Assembly (NCBI GenBank): GCA_965219415.1
Contig: CBDCNP010000002.1
Coordinates: 1,184,001 to 1,248,000 of the forward strand
Source of the DNA: Candidatus Marinacidobacterales bacterium
Lineage (GTDB): Bacteria > Acidobacteriota > Vicinamibacteria > Marinacidobacterales > DATDRI01
DNA: 64,000 bases
Direction: 5' to 3'
Part shown: one piece after another, positions 27,472 to 41,805 of the stretch
Numbering within the stretch: position 1 is the first letter of the stretch
Layout of the letters: each line of letters starts with the position of its first letter
Made by a program: the position numbers and the translations under genes
Notes under the pieces: model-generated
What the model saw: only the letters and a program-made list of their open reading frames with translations
What the model was told of the DNA's origin: nothing
The model's database searches: none

Positions 27472-29160
27472 GTGTCGTTAGATCTCGTCGTCATCTGCGT
27501 GTACCTGATCGGTATCACGTTGATCGGACTCCGAGCTGCCAAGAAAGTCACGACCTCGGCGTCGTTCTTCATCAGCGATCGCAAGTTCGGAAAAGCCATG
27601 ATGATGTTCTTCGCCTTTGGTACGGGCACGAACACCGATCAGGCGGTGACCGTCGCATCGAAGAGCTACAGCGTCGGTGCATCCGGTATCTGGTATCAGT
27701 GGCTATGGCTGCCCGCTACGCCCTTCTACTGGCTACTGGCACCCTTATTTAGGCGGATGCGCGCGGTCACGACGTCGGACTTCTTGTCGGTGCGATATGG
27801 CCAGAGCGTGGCAGTCCTTTTCGCCCTGGTCGGCATGGCCCAGTTGTCGGTCAATATCGGTGTGGTTCTCAAAGCCACCAGCGCAATGATTACGCCCGTC
27901 TCTGGGGGCGCCATTGACTCCGATCTAGCGATCGTCGCGATGACCGCGTTGTTCGTCATCTATGGCGTGACGGGAGGACTGAGCGCAGCCATCGCAACCG
28001 ATGCCGTCCAAGGTGTTCTCACCGTTGTGCTCTCTTTCTTAATCCTACCCTTCGCTCTCAACGCGGTGGGCGGAATCTCTGGGTTGAGGACGACCGTCGA
28101 GGATCCAGCGATATTTGAGATCGTCGCGCCCGGGGAGATCACCCTACTCTACGTCGTCGTGATTGCCATCAATGCGCTGGTGGGTTGGGTCGCCTCTCCT
28201 TATACCATGCAAATGACGGGTGCCGGCAAGAGTGAGCAGGCGTCGAGAATCGGGCTCGTCGGCGGCATGCTGCTCAAGCGAATCTGCACCATCGCTTGGG
28301 TCCTCACGGGAATGTGCGCCGTCGCGATCTACGCCGGCACTAGCATCAATGCCGACCATGCCTACGGGTTGATGGCACGCGATCTACTGCCTACGATAGC
28401 GCCGGGGCTTCTGGGGTTGTTTGTGGCTTCGATGCTAGCAGCCGTCATGAGCTCCTGCGATGCGCTCATGGTCTCCTCGTCCGCGCTGTTCACAGAAAAT
28501 ATCTATAAGCCGTTGATTCGGCTGAATCAGAGCGAGAAACATTACATCCTGGTAGGTCGGATCACATCGGTCGGTGTTGTCGTAGGTGGGATCCTCGTTG
28601 CGTTCGGCCTGTCCAGCGTTGTGCAAGGTTTGGAGATCTTTTGGCAAGTGCAGGCCATGATGGGAGTGGCCATATGGGTGAGCTTCTTCTGGAGAAGAGC
28701 CAACGCTGCGGGGGCCTGGGCTTCGACGATGGGCAGCTTCGCGGCATGGGCTTTCACCAGTGACATCGGCCTGATCTCCTGGGACTTCAACGCGCGGTTT
28801 GCCCGTTTCCTTCCTGACTTCATGTTGTTTGAAGGCCGATTGTCTCTCCCATGGCAGATGATCTTCTATCTGACGGTGGGGCTGGTGGTCATGGTGGTGG
28901 TGAGTCTCCTGACGAAGCCGCGGGATAGGACCCTGCTGGATCGCGTCTACGAATGTCTTCGCACTCCGGTCGAGCCGGGCGAACCAGAAGTTGCGCCGGT
29001 CACTCTTCCCGATACCACACGGCGGGCGCCACGATCGGTGTTGATCGATCATCCCGATTTCGAGCTCATGAAACCCACTCGCGTTTCCGTGCTGGGGTTC
29101 GTGGCGGCATGGGTCGCCGTGGGAGTGCTAATTGCTGTGTTCGTCTGGATCATGAACTGA
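27472..29160 (+). CDS. Sodium:solute symporter (SSS)
   Basis: Multiple TMs, YGVTGGLSA...TDAVQ, LAAVMSS.D, ENIYKP. Confidence 0.9.
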   Translation: MSLDLVVICVYLIGITLIGLRAAKKVTTSASFFISDRKFGKAMMMFFAFGTGTNTDQAVTVASKSYSVGASGIWYQWLWLPATPFYWLLAPLFRRMRAVTTSDFLSVRYGQSVAVLFALVGMAQLSVNIGVVLKATSAMITPVSGGAIDSDLAIVAMTALFVIYGVTGGLSAAIATDAVQGVLTVVLSFLILPFALNAVGGISGLRTTVEDPAIFEIVAPGEITLLYVVVIAINALVGWVASPYTMQMTGAGKSEQASRIGLVGGMLLKRICTIAWVLTGMCAVAIYAGTSINADHAYGLMARDLLPTIAPGLLGLFVASMLAAVMSSCDALMVSSSALFTENIYKPLIRLNQSEKHYILVGRITSVGVVVGGILVAFGLSSVVQGLEIFWQVQAMMGVAIWVSFFWRRANAAGAWASTMGSFAAWAFTSDIGLISWDFNARFARFLPDFMLFEGRLSLPWQMIFYLTVGLVVMVVVSLLTKPRDRTLLDRVYECLRTPVEPGEPEVAPVTLPDTTRRAPRSVLIDHPDFELMKPTRVSVLGFVAAWVAVGVLIAVFVWIMN

Positions 29161-29208
29161 GGCGCTCAACATGCCCAATATCCCATTTAGATGGAGGTTC
29201 AACCACCC

Positions 29209-31531
29209 ATGAAACCGTCGAATCGATGGAAGCTTTTTCTTGTCGTCACGGTACTCGCCTTCTTCAGTCGCGAATCCGTGGCGGCCCGCAGCGACTACGC
29301 CTTGCTCGCACCCCTCCTCGAAGAGTTTCGTGAGTTTCGGAAACCAAGAACGACGGACGGCGTGCCCGATTTCTCATCGGGTGCGATGGTTGAAAAGCAG
29401 AGGCAGATCGCGACGTTCCAAAAGCGCTTGGCCGAAATCGATCCCACAGGATGGCCTGTCTCCGAGCAAATCGACTATCACCTGGTACGCGCCGAGATGA
29501 ACGGCATGGAGTTCTACCATCGTGTGGTACGACCGTGGGCGCGGGATCCCGGCTTCTACTTGATGACCCAATCGGGCGCCGGGCCCACCGGCTTTCGCCT
29601 CAGAGTCGAAGCGATACCCATTCCCGACGAGGACATCGAGGCGTTTCAACGGCAGCTGAAGGCGGTGCCTCAGCTCTTCCAGCAGGCCAAGAGCAATCTG
29701 ACCGAAGGAGCAGCCGACTTCGTGACGCTCGCTTTACATTTCTTGGGAGAAGAAGAAGAGATGTATCGCGAGCTGGCGGGTGCCCTTTCCACCCACCATC
29801 CCGAGCTGACAAGAGACGCCGAACGAGCGGAAGCCGCGGTAACGGACTATGGTCGATGGCTCGAAGAGAATCGAGATCGTATGACAGCTCCCGCCGGTGT
29901 GGGCAAGGAGAACTACAACTGGCTGCTCAAGAATGTCTACCTCTTTCCTTACACCTGGGACGAAGTACGCACCATCGTCAAGCTCGAAGACAATCGACCT
30001 TTCGAAGACTGGAAGAGAATCGAAACCGCCGCTTGCCCCCCCTCCAACCCGTGCAATCCCAGGCCGAGTACAAGCAAAGTGTCCAAGAAGCCCTGGACCA
30101 CATCATGGCTTTCCTCCGTGAGGAGGAGATCTTCACCATGCACGATTATCTGGTACCCGGCGATTACTTCGGGTCATGGCATGGATTCGAGAACCCCTGG
30201 CCGGAGAAACACGACTACTTCTTCAATTTCTCTCACCGTGACCCGGTGATGGAAGAAACGCACGAAATGGTCGGCCACCATTTCGATGGGCTGAGAGCTC
30301 GAAACGACGAAAGGCCGATTCGAGCCGGGCGACGCCCCTACAAGATATCGACGGCGCGTGGCGAGGGGCTCGCTTTCGCACTCGAAGAGCTGCTCATGCA
30401 TGCCGGCTATCTCGACGAGCGCTCCCCGCGAGCGAGAGAAGTCGCCTACGAGCAGGCCGCCTTCCGCACCGTTCGCGCTTTGTCGGACGCCTACATGCAC
30501 AGCCGAGATTGGGACCTAGAGGATGCGCTCGAGTTTTGTGTCGGCAACGCACCTCACGGGGATTTGCTGGATGGCAGCCATCATCTCTGGTACGAGCTGG
30601 CCACGACCCTGCGCGGCGTCGGCCACCATATAGCTGATGGTCGTCGGCAAGGTCCAGTTCATGAAGCTGTTCAGAGACCGGGCAAATCAGCTGGGTGACG
30701 AGTTCGTCCTGAAGGAGTTTATGGATGAATTCTACGCCTCGGGGTCCATTCCGATGTCCCTCATTCGGTAGGAGATGACCGGCTACGACGACGAAATAGA
30801 GAAATTGTGGCAGCCCCCAGGTTCGGATACCACGATAATCTCCAGCATCGAGCTCGGGATAACCAACACTTGGGTCAAAACTAAAGACGAGCTGAAGGAG
30901 GAATACGATCTACGGTTGTCGGTCAAGACGAAAGAAGACGTAGCGCCGGTTCAATCGTTGACCGTTCTGACTCCCACCGGCACTTCCTTCAAGGTCGAGC
31001 GGGGCGACGAGTTCGCGATGGATCAGATTGACCCCGAGTTCGGCATCGAGATCATCCGGGCGTTCGAGCTGCAAGAAAACGAGGGCGCCTGGACGTTCAG
31101 CGCCATCGCGAGCTCTGCTCGAACTGTTCGGAGATGGGACCTACACCTTGACCGCCCATCACGAAAATGGAACCCAGGTCGTCGAACTATGGTTTGGAGA
31201 GCCCGGCTCAGAAAAGCCACTGCCGTTTCCAACCAATGGCGGTTTCGCATCGCCGGACTTGAGTCAACCGTTGAGCAGTCCGATCACCTTTTTTTGGGAC
31301 GCAAACTCCGATGCCGACTATGCCGCTGTTTTCATGGCCAGCGGTGAGGAGGAAAAGTCCGACGAGTTTCCGGCCACCACGACATCTTTTGGGCCGTTTG
31401 ACTATTCCGCGGGCACCTGGGGGTTCGAGTTGTCGGTCGGCGTCCAGCGCGAGGGCAAGGTGGATGGAGCGAGCTTCTCGATTTCCAAAGGAACGGTCTG
31501 GACCACCGATCAAGTAGTGACAGAACGTTAG
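29209..31531 (+). pseudogene. Exported DUF885 paralog fused to a C-terminal beta-rich domain; several lesions
   Basis: Homologous to 25863-27458. Frameshifts near 29997, 30630 and 31115. TAG at 30769-30771 where the paralog has Trp (IR*EMTG vs THWELTG). Reading continues through ORFs 30775 and 31028 to the stop at 31531. Confidence 0.8.
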
Positions 31532-31561
31532 GACAAGGGCCAACTATCGGAGAAGGAGCCG

Positions 31562-32539
31562 GTGATGACTCGTAAGCAGACTACTCTATTCAGCTTGATT
31601 CTCGGCGTGATCGTCGCCTCGACCTTACCAGCAACGGTCCTCGCGCAGGCGATCACCCATACCAAGATCGCATTTCAAGGCGAACGCGATGGCAATTCCG
31701 AGATCTACGTCATGAACCATGACGGCTCGGAGCAGACGAGGCTCACCAATAACGATGCCTATGATGGCAATCCGCGTTGGTCGCCAGACGGATCTCGGAT
31801 CGTGTTCGTTTCGAACCGTGACGGCAACTCAGAGATCTACATCATGAACGCGGACGGCTCACAACAAACCCGCTTCACCGATCACCACGCGAGAGAATCG
31901 GCACCGACTTGGTCACCGGACGGTACGATGATCGCATTCAACACGAACCGGTTCGAGGGTGGCAGCACGGAGATCTTCAGGAAGAACGTGGACGGCACCT
32001 GGGGCTTCAACCCGACACGACTGACCCACAACCCAACCGCAGATGATTTCATCTCCTGGTCCCCAGACGGCACGCAAATAGCTTTCGAATCCGACCGAGA
32101 TCGTGACGATCCAGAGATTTACCTGCTGAACGCCGTGGACGGCACCAACCTTCACAGATTGACCTTCACCAGGGCACTCGACGAAGTGCCGTCATGGTCC
32201 CCGGACAGCGCGAAGATTCTGTATTCAACTGATGTGGACGGCGAGCCGCAAAATGGGAACTATGAAATCTACATCATGAACCGCGACGGCTCGAGCCAGA
32301 CTCGCCTGACCGAGTCTCCGGAACAGGACACTTACCCCTCCATGTCCCCGGACGGTCAGTTCATCGTCTTCGAGTCCCACCGAGACGGACATGCCGAGAT
32401 CTATCGTATGAACGGGGATGGTTCGGGCGTGATTCGTCTAACGACTCTCGAAGGACAGACGACCCGCACCAACGAAGGAGGCCCTGCCGCCGGCAACGGG
32501 AATCCATCCTGGTCGCCTTTCTTGGATGGTGGCCGTTAG
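31562..32539 (+). CDS. TolB-like PD40 beta-propeller exported protein
   Basis: Signal peptide; repeated P.WSPDG..I.F.S.RDGN.EIY.MN.DGS..TRLT. Confidence 0.9.
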   Translation: MMTRKQTTLFSLILGVIVASTLPATVLAQAITHTKIAFQGERDGNSEIYVMNHDGSEQTRLTNNDAYDGNPRWSPDGSRIVFVSNRDGNSEIYIMNADGSQQTRFTDHHARESAPTWSPDGTMIAFNTNRFEGGSTEIFRKNVDGTWGFNPTRLTHNPTADDFISWSPDGTQIAFESDRDRDDPEIYLLNAVDGTNLHRLTFTRALDEVPSWSPDSAKILYSTDVDGEPQNGNYEIYIMNRDGSSQTRLTESPEQDTYPSMSPDGQFIVFESHRDGHAEIYRMNGDGSGVIRLTTLEGQTTRTNEGGPAAGNGNPSWSPFLDGGR

Positions 32540-32585
32540 CGTCCCAAACTCCCCGGGAAGACGATTGCGGACCATCACCGGTCCG

Positions 32586-32614
32586 TTGTATAAAGATCAC
32601 CCAGCCGATAGAAT
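32586..32614 (+). promoter_or_regulatory. Sigma70-type promoter of the TPR gene
   Basis: TTGTAT-N17-TAGAAT, 12 nt before ATG 32627. Confidence 0.5.
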
Positions 32615-32626
32615 ACCGTCGTTCTC

Positions 32627-36363
<3,737 letters not shown>

Positions 36364-36371
36364 CGCGCACC

Positions 36372-36499
36372 CTAGTGTCCCGTCCCGGAAGTCTTGTTGC
36401 ATTCGAGCGCCGATGCATCCCGCCTCGCTGCGTTGCGCCTTGCGATCCGGGCGCCTCGACGCTCTCGATGCTAACATCACTTCCGAGACGAGACACTAG
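36372..36499. mobile_element. 128-bp MITE-like element with CTAG ends
   Basis: CTAGTGTCCCGTCCCGGAAGT versus reverse complement of the right end CTAGTGTCTCGTCTCGGAAGT (19/21). Pairing extends to TGTT-GCAT. Confidence 0.8.
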
Positions 36500-38316
36500 T
36501 GCTGTCGCGACGAAAACTCACGGTCTTCTTCTCATCCGTTTCTCTGTTTCTGTCATCGGTTGCGAATCCGTCCGACGTTCCCCTCCCGACACCACTTGCA
36601 CATTACGCGACCTATGACCCCGAGCTCGCCGGGTTAGCTATCGCGAGCGCGATCCTGCCACAGCTCGATCCCGACGTGCGGGCTCGGGCTCTCGCCGCCA
36701 TGCAATCACCCGATGCAGCGGATGCTGACGCGATCTCGGAAACGGAGATTCTCGCCGCGATGGAAGGGCTCGAGTGGGATAAGTGGCGTCCGGAGATTGT
36801 CGAGCTCTTCCTCCATCAGTCTCGAGTGTTGGAAGTCATCCCGGAGTCCGCGGGAGATTGGGTTCCGCTGGTCCATGATTCTCTGCTCCTGTTTCTGGAC
36901 CGTCTTAGCGAAGAGCGATTCGTCGAACGGCTGATGGAGCAGGCACGGCTTCCACGCGAAGCGGATCGGGGAGACCTCCTGCTGGCTTTCGTCGCCAAGA
37001 CCCCGAGCCTACAGAAGTTGGGGCAAATCATGGCGAGAAAAAACCCCGCCATCGCCCCGGACCTCAGGCTAGCCCTCCAAACACTCGAGAACAGCATTAC
37101 CACGACCTCTCGCGATGAAATCGTTCAAACGATCGAGGAAGGCCTGGGCGAGGACATCGTTTCCCGGTACCAGCTCCAATTCGCGGAGGATGTGCTGGCT
37201 GAGGCCAGCGTGGGCGCCGTCGTTCGCGCTACCCTGATCGAGCCGGGCGAGCAGACCACCCAGCAGGCAGTTTGCAAGGTGTTGAAGCCGTACGCCACGA
37301 CCGGTCTCCAAGAGGAGCTCGAGATCCTGCAAGCGGCTATCCAAAACCTGCAGGACAACGGTGACTTCTATGACATCGGGGCGGCACCGGTCGTCGAGCT
37401 CTTTCAGGAAGTCCGCGACGCGCTAGCGAAAGAAATTCGGGTTCCGGAGGAGCAGCAAAACCTGGCGCGGGCCGCCGCGTATTACAAGGGTCAAGAGGAG
37501 ATCCTGATTCCCGAGATATACGCGTTTTCCACACCCACCGTGACCTGCATGCAATTCGTCAACGGTGTCAAGATCACCGATGCCTACCCCGGAGATACCG
37601 AGGCTCGGGCTAGGCTTGCCCAACGCCTAAGCGACGCTTTGACGTTCGATGTCATTTTTTCAGACCAGGAAGACGCCCTGTTCCACGGGGATCCACACGC
37701 CGGCAACGTCCTTCACGTCGTCGACGATCCCAAACTGCCCTACCGTATCGCGCTCATCGACTGGGGCTTGAGCGAGGTGTTCCCCAAGGCGCAACGGAAA
37801 CAACTCATCCAACTCTTGGTGGGCCTCACGCTCGGAGATCCTAAGCGCTATGCGAACAATCTGGGCGCACTGGTGCAGCTCGAAGAGCCGTCCCCCGCGC
37901 AAGAACAGGCGATTAGCGATCTCGTGGACCGCGTGCTGACCGACAAGGACCGAGACTCTTTTCAGCTATTGAACGATCTCATCACCGAGTTGGGCAGCCA
38001 AGGGTTCTCGATCCGATTCAACGCCGCCATATTTATTAAATCCCAACTCACCATCGCCGGCATCTTGGTCGAGCTCGATCCCGAGTTCAAGCAAGGCGAC
38101 TATTTGATGAGCCGAGTCTCGGGCCAGGTCTTCAAGGAAACGCCCACTCGTCTACTTCGAACCGTCTATTTCCCAGCGTGGAACTCCCACAACTATAAGA
38201 CCCTGATGTCCAACGAAGACGTCAAGGATGTGCAAGCGCAGCGTTTCGGTCGGACCTTCAAGAAAATCGGAAAGGGAATCTGGGCGGTCATCAGCGCGCC
38301 GGCGAAGCTTTTCTAG
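36499..38316 (+). CDS. ABC1/AarF/UbiB atypical kinase
   Basis: QKLGQ, LAEASVGAV, KVLKP, FHGDPHAGN, IDWG; hydrophobic signal-like N-terminus. Confidence 0.85.
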   Translation: MLSRRKLTVFFSSVSLFLSSVANPSDVPLPTPLAHYATYDPELAGLAIASAILPQLDPDVRARALAAMQSPDAADADAISETEILAAMEGLEWDKWRPEIVELFLHQSRVLEVIPESAGDWVPLVHDSLLLFLDRLSEERFVERLMEQARLPREADRGDLLLAFVAKTPSLQKLGQIMARKNPAIAPDLRLALQTLENSITTTSRDEIVQTIEEGLGEDIVSRYQLQFAEDVLAEASVGAVVRATLIEPGEQTTQQAVCKVLKPYATTGLQEELEILQAAIQNLQDNGDFYDIGAAPVVELFQEVRDALAKEIRVPEEQQNLARAAAYYKGQEEILIPEIYAFSTPTVTCMQFVNGVKITDAYPGDTEARARLAQRLSDALTFDVIFSDQEDALFHGDPHAGNVLHVVDDPKLPYRIALIDWGLSEVFPKAQRKQLIQLLVGLTLGDPKRYANNLGALVQLEEPSPAQEQAISDLVDRVLTDKDRDSFQLLNDLITELGSQGFSIRFNAAIFIKSQLTIAGILVELDPEFKQGDYLMSRVSGQVFKETPTRLLRTVYFPAWNSHNYKTLMSNEDVKDVQAQRFGRTFKKIGKGIWAVISAPAKLF

Positions 38317-38412
38317 TCGCCCCTGCTGGCACCCAGATCACATGGTCGCCCATGACCCAGGCTTGTCAGGGGCTCCTGCGCGCACCCAAATCAGGTGGTT
38401 GCATAACGCAGC

Positions 38413-40800
38413 CTAGTCGGGCGCGCCCTCGAGTCCCTGCGCGGCAGCCAACTCCCGTTCGGAGTCCTGCGATTTCCCAAGCCGATTGTAGATGTCGGCG
38501 AGAATGTAGTGTCCGAACGGTGCCATCGAAGGCTCGGGGCCGAGCTCGATGCCTCGGTTGGCGAGCTCCATAGAACGTTCCAGGTCTCCGACGTCGAGGT
38601 AATGCTTCGAGAGATACAAGTGGCCGATAGCGAATTTGCCGTTGAGCTCGATCGATTTTTCGAAGTGCTCCACCATTTTCTTGGGCCGCCCGATTTGCCC
38701 ATACAACTTGGCGATATTGAAATGGGTCCTGAAGTTCTTGGGAGAAATCTCGAGATCCCTTTCGTAGGCGGCGACCGCACCGGGGACGTCTTTCTTCTCC
38801 TCCAGTATCAGCGCTAGATTGTAATAGGCGCTCGCCAGATCCGGCTTCATCTCCAAGGCGATTCCCACTTCCTTTTCCGCCTCATCGAATTGCTCGAGAC
38901 CGATGTAGCACTCCGCCATAAGATTGTGGAATATCGGTCGCTCGCTACCACGCTCTACGTTGTCTTGGAGAAGCTCCAAAGCCTCGGCGAACTCTTTCCG
39001 CGCGGTATGAATCCCGGCAAGCCGGAGGTGCGCACCGCTGTCTCGGGGATCGATTTCGATGATGCGGCGGAACCCCGCGGCCGCATCGTCCAACTGCCCC
39101 CTCTCCTCGTAGATGTTAGCCAACCCGAAAAGCGCCGGCTTGAACTCCGAGTCCCTGACGAGAGCATCCTGATAGGCCTGGATCGCCCGGTCATCCTCGT
39201 CCTTCTTGGCGTAGAGATTGCCAAGAATGCTATAGGCTTCCAGAATATCCGGATCCTCCGCAAGGACCCTCTGTATCTTGGCGAGCGCATCCTCGACCCT
39301 GCCCTCACTAGAATCGCTGCCGGCCCGCTTGATGAGGTTGAACAACTTGATCTTGTCCTTCGGATCCGCGAGTGGTTTGTCCGGATCGATCTTGATCTTG
39401 GACGGCCCCCCTAGGTAGCCGAGCGCAGCAAGCTGAGCGTGTGTCTCCGCGTCGAGCGTTACCGGCGCTTGCTCCTCGATGCCTTCCGCGCTGTACCGTT
39501 CCATCATCTCTTCGAGCTTGGCCTGATACTGGCTTACCGTCCGCGCGCGCTTCGGTGCGAGATTGTTTTGCTGTCGGGGATCCTCCGCCAGGTCGAAGAG
39601 CTCCGGCCGGGGGGCGGCAATATAGTGAAACTCCCCGTCACGAAGCGACTTCAGCTCGCTCCAACCATAGTGATTGCGCGGGTAGTACGACTCGCTGTAA
39701 GCGAGCGAATTCATATCGTCCACCTTGCCGGTCGCGAGCTCGAGCAAACTGTTACCTTGAACCGGTTCCGGGATTTGGGCTCCCACCAGGTCCAACAGAG
39801 TCGGCATTAGATCAACCACGCTCACCTGAGCTGCGACCCGCCGCGGGCTCCTTATTCCGGATGGGATCTTCAAGATGAGCGGCACGTGCGTCGTAGCGTC
39901 GTATATGAAGAACAAGTGACTCGTCTCCTGGTGCTGACCGAGGCTTTCTCCATGATCACCCATGAAGGCAACGGCCGTTGTTTCTGCGAGCCCCTTGTTG
40001 TCGAGCCACTTCATCAATTCACCCATTAAGCTGTCGACATAGGCGACCTCGCCATCGTAACGCTGGAACGGGCCCGGTCCGTACTGACTGAGATAAGGCT
40101 CGGGTGGCTCATAAGGCGTATGCGCATCGTAGAGGTGAATCCATGAGAAGAACGGACCCTCGCCGGCGGATTCCATCCAACCGATCGCCTCTGTGAGCAC
40201 CTCGTCACCCGGACGCTGTACGGAGTCGAGACTCACGCGCTCGTATTTCGCAAAATCGAAATCATCGAAGTAGCGGTCGAAGCCCTGACTCAGACCCCAT
40301 TTGGAATCCAGAACGAACGCGGCGACGAAGGCTCCCGTGGCGTAACCTTTCTCTTTGAGAGACTCGGCCAACGTGACGTGCTTCGCATCCAGGTAATAGC
40401 CACCGTTGTCGCGCACGCCGTGATACATGGGGTAGGTGCCCGTTAAAATCGATGAGTGGGCGGGCAGCGTAAGGGGAACAACGGTGGTGGCATTCTCGAA
40501 GAGCACCCCCTCTTCCGCCATCCGGTCGATGTTCGGAGTCCTGATACGGGTGTTCCCGTAGCAACCCAGCTTGTCGGCTCGCAGTGTATCCGCCGTCACC
40601 AACACGATGTTGAGAGGAGCACCGCTTCTGGTGGTGCCGATATCGCCATCGGGTCCCCAGAGCCAGAGGACGGCGGCCAGACCTGCCAACGCTGCGACGA
40701 CTGCAAGCCCCCAGAGACGGTAGCTTCTTTTCTTTCTTCTCGGGGACGCGGCGGGTGAAGGCTTCTGCGATTGCCGTCGTTTCTGCTTTTTCTTGCTCAT
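38413..40800 (-). CDS. Membrane-anchored sulfatase-like hydrolase with C-terminal TPRs
   Basis: Start MSKKKQKRR (40800), TM, DTLRAD, PLTLPAHSSILTG (Thr at the nucleophile position), HLYDAH.PY, DHGE, LAALGY, TPRs. Confidence 0.9.
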   Translation of the reverse strand: MSKKKQKRRQSQKPSPAASPRRKKRSYRLWGLAVVAALAGLAAVLWLWGPDGDIGTTRSGAPLNIVLVTADTLRADKLGCYGNTRIRTPNIDRMAEEGVLFENATTVVPLTLPAHSSILTGTYPMYHGVRDNGGYYLDAKHVTLAESLKEKGYATGAFVAAFVLDSKWGLSQGFDRYFDDFDFAKYERVSLDSVQRPGDEVLTEAIGWMESAGEGPFFSWIHLYDAHTPYEPPEPYLSQYGPGPFQRYDGEVAYVDSLMGELMKWLDNKGLAETTAVAFMGDHGESLGQHQETSHLFFIYDATTHVPLILKIPSGIRSPRRVAAQVSVVDLMPTLLDLVGAQIPEPVQGNSLLELATGKVDDMNSLAYSESYYPRNHYGWSELKSLRDGEFHYIAAPRPELFDLAEDPRQQNNLAPKRARTVSQYQAKLEEMMERYSAEGIEEQAPVTLDAETHAQLAALGYLGGPSKIKIDPDKPLADPKDKIKLFNLIKRAGSDSSEGRVEDALAKIQRVLAEDPDILEAYSILGNLYAKKDEDDRAIQAYQDALVRDSEFKPALFGLANIYEERGQLDDAAAGFRRIIEIDPRDSGAHLRLAGIHTARKEFAEALELLQDNVERGSERPIFHNLMAECYIGLEQFDEAEKEVGIALEMKPDLASAYYNLALILEEKKDVPGAVAAYERDLEISPKNFRTHFNIAKLYGQIGRPKKMVEHFEKSIELNGKFAIGHLYLSKHYLDVGDLERSMELANRGIELGPEPSMAPFGHYILADIYNRLGKSQDSERELAAAQGLEGAPD

Positions 40801-40830
40801 GATCGGCAGCTTCTCTAGTGTAGATTCTAG

Positions 40831-40894
40831 CCTGCAACACGCAGCGAATAAAGGCCGAACGCCCGCGTGTGCCCTTGCGGATGATTTGTTATCC
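40831..40894 (+). repeat. 64-bp repeat, copy A (divergent promoter region)
   Basis: 57/64 identical to 43915-43978; contains GAAT-N7-GAAC and TGTTATCC. Confidence 0.9.
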
Positions 40895-40938
40895 GGTGCG
40901 GCCGAATGAGAACAAGGCGGCCGAGGGTAAACCATGGA

Positions 40939-41733
40939 ATGGCACGTTTTCGCGACACGTGGTTAGTCGCGACCGCAGGCACGCTCGCGGTCGTCATTGC
41001 ACTGCTGCTGTCCTGTAGCCAAGACCCACCGTCACAACCACGCTCGTCTGGCGAGGAGCCTCCCGCAGCCTCGCAACCGATCGTCGCCTGGGCTGGAATC
41101 GACCTGAGTGGGAAGGCCCTCTATTCGCAGCACAACGAAGAGTTGATCACCAGGGACTTCTTTCAAGACCGCAGGGATGGATTCTTCCTGGATGTGGGCT
41201 GCTTCACGCCGGTGATCTATAGCAATACTTACTACCTCGAGAAGCATCTGGGCTGGTCTGGCATTGCCCTCGATGCATTGCCGGAATACGAGGAGCGCTG
41301 GAAGCGGAGGCGTCCGAAAAGCAAGTTCTTCAATTACCTTGTCACCGACCACGACGATAGCGTAGAGCCATTCTATCGCTCTGAGCTCCCTGGAATATCT
41401 TCCATTCGGAAGCCGCTGAAAGGCCCCGCGGGAGCTGACCTCAGTTTCGACGAGATCCAGGTGCCGACGATCACTCTCACTCGCCTGCTCGAGCGGAACG
41501 GGGTTGCCAAAATCGACTTCCTGTCGATGGACATCGAGGGCGCCGAGCCGCTCGTCCTCGCGGGTTTCGATATCGAGCGCTTCCGGCCAGAGCTGGCCTG
41601 CATCGAAGCGAAGCCCGCGAACCGCGAGCCGATCTTAAAGTACTTCGCGGACCATGGCTACGAGTGGATCGAGAGATACTTCCAGTACGACGAACACAAT
41701 TACTATTTCACGCCGAAAGTCGCTCACCGTTAG
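40939..41733 (+). CDS. FkbM-family methyltransferase with a lipoprotein signal
   Basis: VVIALLLSC lipobox; YSQHNEE, GFFLDVG, SNTYYLE..LGWSG, IDFLSMDIEGAE. Confidence 0.85.
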   Translation: MARFRDTWLVATAGTLAVVIALLLSCSQDPPSQPRSSGEEPPAASQPIVAWAGIDLSGKALYSQHNEELITRDFFQDRRDGFFLDVGCFTPVIYSNTYYLEKHLGWSGIALDALPEYEERWKRRRPKSKFFNYLVTDHDDSVEPFYRSELPGISSIRKPLKGPAGADLSFDEIQVPTITLTRLLERNGVAKIDFLSMDIEGAEPLVLAGFDIERFRPELACIEAKPANREPILKYFADHGYEWIERYFQYDEHNYYFTPKVAHR

Positions 41734-41805
41734 CGGACACGGCGCTGAAGATCTCCCGTTGGTGCCGAACAAGAATTACTTCGTCTTTCGCAAGCGCGGC
41801 CGCTG

